Shown in pieces: positions 1 to 8,527 of a DNA stretch of 64,000 bases. The position numbers and the translations under genes were made by a program. This DNA comes from Castellaniella sp. (GTDB lineage Bacteria > Pseudomonadota > Gammaproteobacteria > Burkholderiales > Burkholderiaceae_B): assembly GCF_034674885.1 (NCBI RefSeq), contig NZ_JAUCDS010000013.1, forward strand, positions 15,334-79,333, written 5' to 3'. Under the pieces are notes generated by a model. That model saw only the letters and a list, made by a program, of their open reading frames with translations. It did no database searches and was not told where the DNA came from. Positions within the stretch are counted from its first letter, which is position 1, and each line of letters begins with the position of its first letter.

Positions 1-1
1 G

Positions 2-145
2 CACGACATGTACCTGGTTCAGGTCAAGACCCCGAAGGAATCCAAAGGGCCCTGGGACTACTACAAGATCCTGAGGACTCTGCCGGCGGATCTGGTCTCG
101 GTGCCGCTGTCGGAAAGCGCCTGCCCGTTGGTCAAGCAAGGCTGA
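2..145 (+). CDS. 3' end (partial) of a branched-chain amino acid ABC substrate-binding protein
   Basis: Frame 2 reads HDMYLVQVKTPKESKGPWDYYKILRTLPADLVSVPLSESACPLVKQG*, closely paralogous to the C-terminus of the binding protein at 2254-3465 (HDMYLAQVKRPDQSKAPWDYY...CPLLKG). Confidence 0.85.
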   Translation, partial: HDMYLVQVKTPKESKGPWDYYKILRTLPADLVSVPLSESACPLVKQG

Positions 146-205
146 TCGAATCCGGGCGGCATGCAGGCCGCGAGGTGGGGGCACGCAGCGTTGCCTCGCA
201 TGATC

Positions 206-244
206 AAAAAGCAATCCGGCCCCTTTGATGAGGGGCCGGATTTT
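206..244. terminator. Probable bidirectional intrinsic terminator
   Basis: 12-bp perfect stem AATCCGGCCCCT-ttgatg-AGGGGCCGGATT (213-242), AAAAA at 206-210 and T-run after; lies between convergent genes. Confidence 0.8.
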
Positions 245-303
245 CATTGCGCCTGGTAAGGTAGGGACGGTCCGGTCGTCGCCGGGCCCCTGCTACGGAT
301 CGA

Positions 304-1281
304 TCAGCTGCGCGCCTTGCGCAGCGCGTGCCGGTACAGCCATTCGCCGATGATGCCGCGCCGGAAGGTCAGCACGCAGATGACGAAGATCAGGCCGATG
401 ACGATCGTGACCGACTCGCCCAGCACCCGGAACCAGGTGATGCCGGTTTCCTGCATCAGGAAGCGGCCGATGTCGCCGACCTTGTTTTCGAGGGCCACCA
501 CGATGACGGCCCCCAGCACCGGCCCCGTCAGGGTGCCCATGCCGCCGATCAGCGTCATCAGGATCACCATGCCCGACATCTGCCAGGTGGCATCCGACAG
601 GGTTGCCGAGACGAACACTACCGATTTGGTGGCGCCCGCCAGGCCCGACAGGGCCGCCGAGAGCACGAAGGCCAGCAGCTTGAAGCGGTCCACGTGATAG
701 CCCAGGGACACCATGCGGGCTTCGTTTTCGCGGATGGCCTTCAGGGCCTGGCCGAAGGGCGAATGCACGGTGCGCCAGATCAGCGCATAGCCCAGCACGA
801 AGATCACCATCACCACGTAGTACAGATTGATGTCCTGGGTGAGGTCCAGGCCCAGGATGCTGCCGCGCGGGATGCCTTGCAGGCCATCCTCGCCGCCCGT
901 GAAGGGCGCCTGCAGGAAGTAGAAAAACAGCATCTGCGCCAGTGCCAGGGTGATCATGGCGAAGTAGATGCCGCTGCGTCGGATCGACAGGATGCCGAAC
1001 ACCAGGCCCAGCAGCGCGGCGCTGGCTGTACCGAACAGCAGGCCGCTGAAGGTCGGCCAGCCCCAGACGGTCAGCGCCTGGCCGCAGGCGTAGCCAGCCA
1101 GCCCCAGGAAGGCGGCATGGCCGAAGGACAGCAGGCCGGTGTAGCCCAGCAGCAGGTTGAAGGCGCAGGCGAACAGGGCATAGCACATGACCTTCATGAT
1201 GAAGATCGGATAGGCGCCTATTGCCGGTAGCGCCGCGATCACCACAATGGCGACCAGGTAGGCAAGCAGTTGTCGATTCAT
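304..1281 (-). CDS. livM: Branched-chain amino acid ABC transporter permease (LivM-like)
   Basis: Hydrophobic; motifs LLGYTGLLSFGHAAF, YFAMITLA, TGGEDG, SPFGQALKAIRENE, LIGGMG. Confidence 0.9.
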   Translation of the reverse strand: MNRQLLAYLVAIVVIAALPAIGAYPIFIMKVMCYALFACAFNLLLGYTGLLSFGHAAFLGLAGYACGQALTVWGWPTFSGLLFGTASAALLGLVFGILSIRRSGIYFAMITLALAQMLFFYFLQAPFTGGEDGLQGIPRGSILGLDLTQDINLYYVVMVIFVLGYALIWRTVHSPFGQALKAIRENEARMVSLGYHVDRFKLLAFVLSAALSGLAGATKSVVFVSATLSDATWQMSGMVILMTLIGGMGTLTGPVLGAVIVVALENKVGDIGRFLMQETGITWFRVLGESVTIVIGLIFVICVLTFRRGIIGEWLYRHALRKARS

Positions 1282-2165
1282 GATTCTTTCCCGAACAGCC
1301 CCGCCGGGCGCAGCAACAGCACGATCACCATGATGATGAAGACCACGGTGCTGGAGGCTTCTGGCCAGAAGACCTTGGTGAAGCCTTCGACGACGCCCAG
1401 CCCCAGGCCAGTGATGATGGAGCCCAGGATCGAGCCCATGCCGCCGATCACCACCACGGCGAACACCACGATGATCAGGTTGGACCCCATGAGCGGAGAG
1501 ACCTGCAGGATGGGGGCCGCCAGCACGCCGGCAAAGGCCGCCAGGCCTACCCCCAGCCCAAAGGTGAGCGAGATCATCAGCGGCACGTTCACGCCGAAGG
1601 CCTCGACGAGCTTGGCATTTTCAGTCCCGGCGCGCAGCAGGGCGCCCAGGTGGGTCTTTTCGATCAGGAACCAGGTCAGCAGGCAGGCCAGGATGGAGGC
1701 CACCACGACCCAGCCGCGGTAGATCGGCAGGTACATGAAGCCCAGGTTGACGCCGCCTTGCAGCAGCGCGGGCGTGGAGTAGGGCTGGCCCGAGACCCCG
1801 TAGATGCTGCGGAACAGCCCTTCGATGATCAGCGCCAGGCCGAAGGTCAGCAGCAACCCGTACAGCGGGTCCAGCTTGTACAGGTGGCGCAGCAGCAGGC
1901 GTTCGAGCAGGATGCCGAACAGCCCCACGACGATGGGCGAGAGCACCAGCATCACCCAGTAGTTCAGCCCCAGGTAGTGCAGGCCCAGCCAGGCGACGAA
2001 GGCCCCCAGCATGTAGAGCGCGCCGTGGGTGAAGTTGATGATCTGGAGCAGGCCGAAGATGATGGCCAGCCCGAGCGAGAGCACGGCGTAGAAAGAGCCG
2101 TTGACCAAGCCAAGCAGCAACTGCCCGAGCAGGGCCTGGATGGGGACACCGAAAAGTTCTGTCAT
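1278..2165 (-). CDS. livH: Branched-chain amino acid ABC transporter permease (LivH-like)
   Basis: GLVNGSFYAVLSLGL, INFTHG, VVVIGGMGS; ATG at 2165 (MTELFG); stop overlaps the livM start (ATGA). Confidence 0.9.
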   Translation of the reverse strand: MTELFGVPIQALLGQLLLGLVNGSFYAVLSLGLAIIFGLLQIINFTHGALYMLGAFVAWLGLHYLGLNYWVMLVLSPIVVGLFGILLERLLLRHLYKLDPLYGLLLTFGLALIIEGLFRSIYGVSGQPYSTPALLQGGVNLGFMYLPIYRGWVVVASILACLLTWFLIEKTHLGALLRAGTENAKLVEAFGVNVPLMISLTFGLGVGLAAFAGVLAAPILQVSPLMGSNLIIVVFAVVVIGGMGSILGSIITGLGLGVVEGFTKVFWPEASSTVVFIIMVIVLLLRPAGLFGKES

Positions 2166-2206
2166 AGAGCCGCAGCGAAGGGAGATGACCGGAGCGCCGG
2201 ATGAGC

Positions 2207-2237
2207 GCATGGCCCGGCCGTTGCGGCTGGGCCATGC
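2207..2237 (-). other. Strong stem-loop after the binding-protein gene (likely mRNA stabiliser or partial terminator)
   Basis: 14-bp stem GCATGGCCCGGCCG-ttg-CGGCTGGGCCATGC with one imperfect pair, no U-tract; position is typical of ABC operons. Confidence 0.55.
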
Positions 2238-2253
2238 AGTTCAGGCGTCGAGA

Positions 2254-3465
2254 TTAGCCCTTGAGCAGGGGGCATGTGGAGGTGGATTCCGCGCCGTAGA
2301 CCGATTCGGCCGGCAGATCGCGGATGATGTTGTAGTAGTCCCAGGGTGCCTTGGACTGGTCAGGACGTTTGACCTGGGCCAGATACATGTCGTGCATGAA
2401 CAGGCCATCCTTGCGGATGTAGCCGTCTTTCGCGAACATGTCGTTGATCTTGTGGGACTTCAGGTACTGCATGATGGTGTCGCCGTCATCGGTGCCTGTG
2501 GCCTTGACGGCTTGCAGGTAGTTCAGCGCGGCGGAATAGTCTGCCGCCTGCACGAAGGACGGCGCCCGGTCGAGTTTTTCAAAGAAGCGTTTGGACCAGG
2601 CGCGGGAATCGTCGGACTGGTTCCAGTACCAGGGCGTGGTCAGGTACAGCCCGGCGGTGTTGTCCAGGCCCAGAGAATGAACGTCGTTGATGAACACCAG
2701 CAGACCGGCCAGCTTCATGGTCTTGGTGATGCCGAATTCCTTGGCGGCCTTGACCGAGTTGATGAAGTCGCCGCCCGCGTTGGCCAGGCCTAGCACCTGG
2801 GCGCCGGAACTTTGGGCCTGCAGCAGGAAGGACGAGAAATCAGTCGTGGACAGGGGGGCGCGGACTTCGCCCAGGACCTTGCCGCCGTCTTTTTTCACGA
2901 CTGCGGCGGTGTCCTGTTCCAGGGAATGGCCAAAGGCGTAATCGGCCGTCAGGAAGAACCAGGATTTACCGCCTTCGCGGATCACGGCGGAGCCGGTGCC
3001 GTTAGCCAGCGCCGTGGTGTTGTAGGCGTAATGCACGGTATAGGGCGTGCATTTTGCATTGGTCAGCTGGGATGAACCCGCGCCGATGGCGATGAAGGGC
3101 TTTTGCTTTTCGGCGGCCACCCCGGCCATGGCCAGTGCCGTCGCGGAGTTGGTGCCACCGATCAGCATGTCCATTTTCTGGGTATCGAACCAGTCGCGGG
3201 CGCGGGCCGAGGCGATGTCGGCCTTGTTCTGGTGGTCAGCGGTCAGCAGTTCGATCTTTTTCCCGTTGATTTCGCCCCCCATGTCGGCGATGGCCATGCG
3301 GATGGCATCCGCCCCTCCGTTGCCGTCCACATCGGCGTAGACCCCGGACATGTCGGTGATGAAGCCGATGCGAATGACGTCGTCGGACACCCCGGCGGCA
3401 TGGGCGGAAAGGCCAAATCCCAGGCCGGCTACGGCGAGTGCAGCGGATAGGGTACGCAATTTCAT
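2254..3465 (-). CDS. Branched-chain amino acid ABC substrate-binding protein (LivK/LivJ family)
   Basis: Signal peptide ending AHA-A; IRIGFITDMSGVY, ADHQNKADIA, FFLTADYAFG, DFSSFLLQAQ. Confidence 0.9.
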   Translation of the reverse strand: MKLRTLSAALAVAGLGFGLSAHAAGVSDDVIRIGFITDMSGVYADVDGNGGADAIRMAIADMGGEINGKKIELLTADHQNKADIASARARDWFDTQKMDMLIGGTNSATALAMAGVAAEKQKPFIAIGAGSSQLTNAKCTPYTVHYAYNTTALANGTGSAVIREGGKSWFFLTADYAFGHSLEQDTAAVVKKDGGKVLGEVRAPLSTTDFSSFLLQAQSSGAQVLGLANAGGDFINSVKAAKEFGITKTMKLAGLLVFINDVHSLGLDNTAGLYLTTPWYWNQSDDSRAWSKRFFEKLDRAPSFVQAADYSAALNYLQAVKATGTDDGDTIMQYLKSHKINDMFAKDGYIRKDGLFMHDMYLAQVKRPDQSKAPWDYYNIIRDLPAESVYGAESTSTCPLLKG

Positions 3466-3519
3466 GGGGAATCTCCTAGGAAGCCGGTTGTGCCGGCAGG
3501 TGTCATGATGAATGGGGTG

Positions 3520-4233
3520 TCAGACGCCCAGCAGGCTGTCGAGCGTGGATTGCTTTTCCTGCAGCTGGGCGGCGGGGAATTCCTCGACGATCTGGCCGTG
3601 TTCCATGATGTAGAAGTGATCGGCCAGCGGCGCGGCAAAGCGGAAGTTCTGCTCGACCATGACGATGGTGTAGCCCTTGGACTTCAGCGTCGTGATCATG
3701 CGTGCCAGCGCCTGCACGATCACCGGTGCCAGGCCTTCGGATATTTCGTCGAGCAGCAGCAGGTTGGCGCCGGTGCGCAGGATGCGCGCCACGGCCAGCA
3801 TCTGCTGTTCGCCGCCCGACAGCCGGGTGCCCGGTGAATGGCGGCGTTCCAGCAGGTTGGGGAACATGTCGTAGATTTCGGCCAGCGACATGCCTCCGCC
3901 CAGCGTGCTGCCCACGGTGGGCGGCAGCAGCAGGTTTTCCTCGCAGGACAGCGAGGCGAAGATGCCGCGTTCCTCCGGGCAGTAGCCGATGCCCAGGTGG
4001 GCGATGCGGTAGGTGGGCAGGTGGATCGATTCGGTGCCCTGGATGCGGATCGAGCCGGTGCGCCGGCTGGTCAGGCCCAGCAGCGCGCGCAGCGTGGTGG
4101 TGCGCCCGGCGCCGTTGCGCCCCAGCAGGGTGACGACCTGGCCGGGTTCGACGCGCATGTCGACCCCGTGCAGCACGTGGGATTCGCCGTACCACGCCTG
4201 CAGGTTGGAGATTTCCAGGGCGGGCGTGCTCAT
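3520..4233 (-). CDS. livF: ABC transporter ATP-binding protein (LivF-like)
   Basis: GRNGAGRTT Walker A, LSGGEQQML signature, LLLDE Walker B; ATG at 4233 (MSTPALE). The upstream extension in the ORF track comes from the inserted element. Confidence 0.9.
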   Translation of the reverse strand: MSTPALEISNLQAWYGESHVLHGVDMRVEPGQVVTLLGRNGAGRTTTLRALLGLTSRRTGSIRIQGTESIHLPTYRIAHLGIGYCPEERGIFASLSCEENLLLPPTVGSTLGGGMSLAEIYDMFPNLLERRHSPGTRLSGGEQQMLAVARILRTGANLLLLDEISEGLAPVIVQALARMITTLKSKGYTIVMVEQNFRFAAPLADHFYIMEHGQIVEEFPAAQLQEKQSTLDSLLGV

Positions 4234-4307
4234 GCTGCCCCCTTGGCGCCGCGCGCCGTCCCCCCGAGGGGGAATTTGCACTTAGGGCGGCCTTGCGTGC
4301 TCATGCT
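4224..4307 (-). mobile_element. Small palindromic insertion (58 bp unique) flanked by a 13-bp direct repeat of the livG/livF junction
   Basis: GCGTGCTCATGCT at 4224-4236 and 4295-4307; core 4237-4294 contains CCCCCCGAGGGGG and ends GGGCGGCC; similar to 37977-38047. Mobility is inferred. Confidence 0.6.
4230..4304 (-). CDS. 24-aa bridging mini-ORF created by the insertion (MSTQGRPKCKFPLGGTARGAKGAA)
   Basis: ATG overlaps the livG stop (ATGA 4301-4304) and TGA overlaps the livF ATG (ATGA 4230-4233); 75 nt, open. Translation not demonstrated. Confidence 0.5.
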   Translation of the reverse strand: MSTQGRPKCKFPLGGTARGAKGAA

Positions 4308-5083
4308 TGGGCTCCTTCGAGTTCGCCCTGGGTGGTGCCCATGTAGGCTTCCATGACGGCGGGGTTGTTCGAGACGGTGGCGTAGTCGCCTTCGGCCAGT
4401 ACCGCCCCCCGGGCCAGGACCGTGATGCGGTCGGCAATGGAGGACACGACCTTCATGTTGTGTTCGACCATGAGAATGGTGCGACCGGCGCTGACTTGTT
4501 TGATGAGCTGGGTGACGCGGTCGACGTCTTCGTGGCCCATGCCCTGGGTGGGTTCGTCCAGCAGCATCAGGCTGGGTTCCATGGCCAGGGTGGTGGCGAT
4601 TTCCAGGGCGCGTTTGCGGCCGTAGGGCAGGTTGACGGTGGTCTCGTTGGCAAAGTCGGCCAGGCCGACTTCGTCGAGCAGTTCCAGGGCGCGGGCATTC
4701 AGGTGATGCAGGCTGGTTTCGCTGCGCCAGAACTTGAAGGACAGGCCGGTGTTGCGCTGCAGGGCGATGCGTACGTTGTCCACCACGGACAGCTGCGGGA
4801 ACACGGCGGAGATCTGGAAGGACCGGATGATGCCCTTGCGGGCGATTTCAGCGGGTTTGTCGCGCGTGATTTCCCGGCCGTCGAAGAAGATCTGGCCTTC
4901 GGAGGGAGTCAGGAATTTGGTGAGGAGGTTGAAGCAGGTGGTCTTGCCGGCCCCGTTGGGGCCGATCAAGGCGTGGATGTGGCCGCGCTGGACCTGCAGA
5001 TTGACGGCATCGACTGCGACGAATCCCAGGAAGGTCTTGCTTAGATTGCGGGTTTCGAGAATGGTGGATTGGTCCGTGCCCAT
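4301..5083 (-). CDS. livG: ABC transporter ATP-binding protein (LivG-like)
   Basis: GPNGAGKTT, LPYGRKRALEIA, LLDEPT, VEHNM; ATG 5083 (alternative TTG 5092). Confidence 0.9.
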   Translation of the reverse strand: MGTDQSTILETRNLSKTFLGFVAVDAVNLQVQRGHIHALIGPNGAGKTTCFNLLTKFLTPSEGQIFFDGREITRDKPAEIARKGIIRSFQISAVFPQLSVVDNVRIALQRNTGLSFKFWRSETSLHHLNARALELLDEVGLADFANETTVNLPYGRKRALEIATTLAMEPSLMLLDEPTQGMGHEDVDRVTQLIKQVSAGRTILMVEHNMKVVSSIADRITVLARGAVLAEGDYATVSNNPAVMEAYMGTTQGELEGAQA

Positions 5084-5227
5084 AGTGCCCAAGATGTCCT
5101 GTGTGTCCTGTCGCAGTGCAGCGCCGTTTGGTGGAATGTTTCAAGTATGAGACGGATCGGGGCCGGCCTCCATAGGGGTTTCTCAGGGTTTACCTAACGT
5201 CAAGTAAAAATGCTGCAGTGCGATAGC

Positions 5228-5866
5228 CTAGGCGGACGGGGTCTTGTCCGGATATTCGCACAGATCGCTGATCGGACATTGCGGACATTTGGGCTTGCGG
5301 GCCACGCAGACGTAGCGTCCATGCAGGATCAGCCAGTGGTGAGCGTCCAGCAGGTAGTCCTTCGGAATGCGCTTGAGCAGCGCCTGTTCGACGGCCAGCA
5401 CGGTCTTGCCCGGCGCGATGCCGGTGCGGTTGGCGACGCGGAAGATATGCGTGTCCACGGCCATGGCAGGTTGCCGGAATGCCGTGTTCAACACGACATT
5501 GGCCGTCTTGCGGCCGACCCCTGGCAGGGCTTCCAGGTCTTCGCGGCGGTCCGGCACCTGGCCGTCGTGGCGCTCCAGCAGCAGCTCGCAGGTGCGGATC
5601 ACGTTGCGAGCCTTGGTCTTGTACAGGCCGATGGTGCGGATGGCCTCCATCAGGCCGTCCACGCCCAGGGCCAGCAGGCCTTGGGGGGTGCCGTGTTCCG
5701 GGAAGAAGCGGCGCGTGGCCAGGTTGACCGAGCGGTCGGTTGCCTGCGCCGACAGCATCACGGCGATCAGCAGCTGGAAGGTGCTGCCGTATTCCAGTTC
5801 CGTCTTGGGGTGGGGGTTGGCCTCGCGCCAGCGGCGAAAGCATTCCTCGATGGCGGCACGTTTCAT
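5228..5866 (-). CDS. nth: Endonuclease III
   Basis: MLSAQATD, Hh[16 protein letters not shown], 4Fe-4S motif C-x6-C-x2-C-x5-C; ATG 5866. Confidence 0.95.
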   Translation of the reverse strand: MKRAAIEECFRRWREANPHPKTELEYGSTFQLLIAVMLSAQATDRSVNLATRRFFPEHGTPQGLLALGVDGLMEAIRTIGLYKTKARNVIRTCELLLERHDGQVPDRREDLEALPGVGRKTANVVLNTAFRQPAMAVDTHIFRVANRTGIAPGKTVLAVEQALLKRIPKDYLLDAHHWLILHGRYVCVARKPKCPQCPISDLCEYPDKTPSA

Positions 5867-6474
5867 GAGCGTCTGGCGCGAGCCCGGGCCAAGGCCTGGG
5901 CGATGCGGTCTTGTTTGTCGTGGTCGGAAGGGGCGGTGGCCAGCGCCGGCTTGTTGGCCAGGGTGCGGGCGGCTGGCCCTGCGGATTCGGTGTGGCGGGC
6001 CAGCAGCCGCGTGGTACGCGACCGATAGCGCTGGCGGGCGGCCTGGGCGTCGTCCGCAGTCCAGTCGCGGCCGGCGGGCACCATGGAGATGCAGTCGACC
6101 GGGCAGGGGGCGACGCACAGCTCGCAGCCAGTGCAGTCGGCCTCGATGACGGTGTGCATGCTCTGGTTGGCGCCCAGAATGGCGTCCACGGGACAGGCCT
6201 GGATGCACAGCGTACAGCCGATGCAGTGTTCCTCGTCGATCAGGGCGACGCGAAAGGGCTGATGGACGCCGCAGTCCGGATCCAGCGGTCTGGCAGGACG
6301 GTTCAGCCGCTGCGACAGGGCGGCAATGGTCGGCGGCCCGCCAGGCGGACAGCGGTTGGTGTCGGCGCGGCCATCGGCCATGGCTTGCGCGTAAGGACGG
6401 CAACCGTCGAAGCCGCATTGCCCGCACTGCGTCTGCGGCAGCAGGGCGTCCAGTTCGTCAACGAGAGTAGACAT
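5863..6474 (-). CDS. rnfB: RnfB/RsxB-family Fe-S electron transport protein
   Basis: [24 protein letters not shown], two ferredoxin motifs [12 protein letters not shown] and [12 protein letters not shown]. Confidence 0.88.
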   Translation of the reverse strand: MSTLVDELDALLPQTQCGQCGFDGCRPYAQAMADGRADTNRCPPGGPPTIAALSQRLNRPARPLDPDCGVHQPFRVALIDEEHCIGCTLCIQACPVDAILGANQSMHTVIEADCTGCELCVAPCPVDCISMVPAGRDWTADDAQAARQRYRSRTTRLLARHTESAGPAARTLANKPALATAPSDHDKQDRIAQALARARARRS

Positions 6475-6576
6475 GAGGGAAACGGATTGCGCTGAAAACA
6501 CCGCCGCCCCGCCGCGTTCCGGGCAGGATGCGCCTGCGTTCGCGCGCTACGGGGCGGCTGCAGGCGGTGCGGTGAA

Positions 6577-7794
6577 TCAGGCGTGGGCGCGGATGAATGC
6601 GGAGATTTTAGGACAGATCTGCGAACGCCAGCGGCGCCCGGAGAAAATCCCGTAATGGCCGCAGTCCTTGGCGGTATGGATTTCCCGCATCGATGGGGAC
6701 AGGTTGGCGCACAGATGATGGGCTGCGTGGGTCTGTCCGCAGCCCGAGATGTCGTCGAGTTCGCCTTCGATGGTCAGCAGTGCGGTCTTGCGGATGGCGG
6801 CGGGTTCCACCAGCATGCCGTCGATGGTCCAGGTGCCCATGGGCAGACTGAATTCCTGGAAGACGGTGCGGATGGTGTCCAGGTAGAAACGGGCCGGCAT
6901 GTCCAGCACGGCGTTGTATTCGTCGTAGAAGCGGCGGTGGGCTTCTGCGTCGTTGTCGTCGCCGCGCAGCAGGTGCAGGTAGAAATCGTAGTGGGATTTC
7001 AGGTGGCGGTCGGGGTTCATGGCAACGAATCCCGCATGCTGCAGGAAACCGGGATACACCAGGCGCCCGGCGCCGGGGTAGCGGGCCGGCACGCGGTGGA
7101 TCAGGTTGTCCTCGAACCAGGCGTAGGGTTTGGTCGTGGCCAGACGGTTGACTTGCGTGGGAGATTTGCGGGTGTCGATCGGGCCGCCCATCATGATCAT
7201 GCTGCGCGGCTGGCAGGGTTCGTCGGCGGCGGCCAGCAGCGAGACGGCGGCCAGCACGGGCACCGTGGGCTGGCAGACCGACATCACGTGGGTATCAGGC
7301 CCCAGATGGCGCAGGAATGTCTGGATGTAATGCACGTAGTCGTCCAGCCCGAAGGTGCCTTCGGCGGCCGGCACCATACGGGCGTCGATCCAGTCGGTGA
7401 CGTAGATGTCGTGATCGGGCAGCAAGGCCCGGACAGTGTCGCGCAGCAGCGTGGCATGGTGGCCCGAGAGCGGCGCTACCAGCAGGATGCACGGGTCCTG
7501 GCGCCGGATGTCGCGACGAAAATGCACCAGGCGGCAGAACGGCTGCGCCAGCGCGATGTCTTCGGTCACGGTGATTTCGCGGCCGCCGATGGTCGTGGAA
7601 GGCAGGTTCCAGGCGGGTTTTTCGTAGTCCTTGCCCATGCGGTGCGCCAGCTCGTAGGTGGCGGCGAACTGTCGGGACAGTGGCGTGTAGGCCAGCGGGC
7701 TGTAGGGATTGGAAAACAGCTGGGATCCCGTTTCGGTGAAAGCGGTGAACGGGGCCAGGATGGAGCGTTGCAGCTCGTGAAGATCGTACAGCAT
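6577..7794 (-). CDS. phaZ: Intracellular polyhydroxyalkanoate depolymerase
   Basis: MLYDLHE N-terminus, VAPLSGHHATLLR, SVCQP, GELDDISG, GHYGIFSG. Confidence 0.92.
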   Translation of the reverse strand: MLYDLHELQRSILAPFTAFTETGSQLFSNPYSPLAYTPLSRQFAATYELAHRMGKDYEKPAWNLPSTTIGGREITVTEDIALAQPFCRLVHFRRDIRRQDPCILLVAPLSGHHATLLRDTVRALLPDHDIYVTDWIDARMVPAAEGTFGLDDYVHYIQTFLRHLGPDTHVMSVCQPTVPVLAAVSLLAAADEPCQPRSMIMMGGPIDTRKSPTQVNRLATTKPYAWFEDNLIHRVPARYPGAGRLVYPGFLQHAGFVAMNPDRHLKSHYDFYLHLLRGDDNDAEAHRRFYDEYNAVLDMPARFYLDTIRTVFQEFSLPMGTWTIDGMLVEPAAIRKTALLTIEGELDDISGCGQTHAAHHLCANLSPSMREIHTAKDCGHYGIFSGRRWRSQICPKISAFIRAHA

Positions 7795-7991
7795 GGATGA
7801 ATGCGTTCCGGTGGTCTGTGATGACGCAGATCGTGCGCCTTCATATCGGGAGTCCGGACTTAAAGTACCGGTAATCGTTACGACGCGCTACAGGATTTAC
7901 CCGCGTAAGGTCGATTGCCGGGTCTGGGTGTGGGATTTTACAGACAGGCCGCAGTGCGGCTGCGCCCGTGCAGGGCGCCGCACCGGGAAGG

Positions 7992-8318
7992 TCAGGGGCG
8001 TTCCAGGTATTTGAGTTTGCCGGCGACGCCGTTCCATTCGTCGGCGCCGTCCAGGGCCTGGATGGAACGGTTGATGGGCCCGAAGATCGGGGAAAGTTCC
8101 GCATTCAGGGGGATGTAGTCGACCTGATCCTGGGGTACGTCTTCTTCGGCGAAGATGGCGTTGGCAGGGCATTCGGGGACACAGACCGCACAGTCGATGC
8201 ATTCCTCGGGGTCGATGACCAGGAAGTTGGGCCCTTCGCGGAAACAGTCCACCGGACAGACATCGACGCAGTCGGTAAATTTACATTTGATACAGTTTTC
8301 GGTGACGACGTGGGTCAT
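7992..8318 (-). CDS. fdxA: 7Fe ferredoxin (FdxA family)
   Basis: [26 protein letters not shown]...[12 protein letters not shown]; ATG 8318. Confidence 0.92.
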   Translation of the reverse strand: MTHVVTENCIKCKFTDCVDVCPVDCFREGPNFLVIDPEECIDCAVCVPECPANAIFAEEDVPQDQVDYIPLNAELSPIFGPINRSIQALDGADEWNGVAGKLKYLERP

Positions 8319-8527
8319 GAGGGGAACTCCGGCAGCAAACAAGGGCCGATGAAGGCCAAGGGGGATTTTACCGAATTTATCCGGGACAACCCGTAGAGCC
8401 CGATACCGGGATAGGGGCGAGGCCGCGCAAGGCGATCCCGGACAGGCGGAGGCGACCATCGGCCGGAGGACTCAAGTAGTATAGAGGGGTGGCCCATCGG
8501 GGCCGACTTCCCTAGTGTTTTCTGGCC

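Noticed and set aside
4234-4281. N-terminal extension of LivF (MQIPPRGDGARRQGGS) from the ORF track
   Set aside because: Derives from the inserted element; the ATGA-coupled ATG at 4233 is the better start.
8319-8527. Possible tRNA or ncRNA between fdxA and relA
   Set aside because: No T-loop, anticodon arm or convincing long stems.
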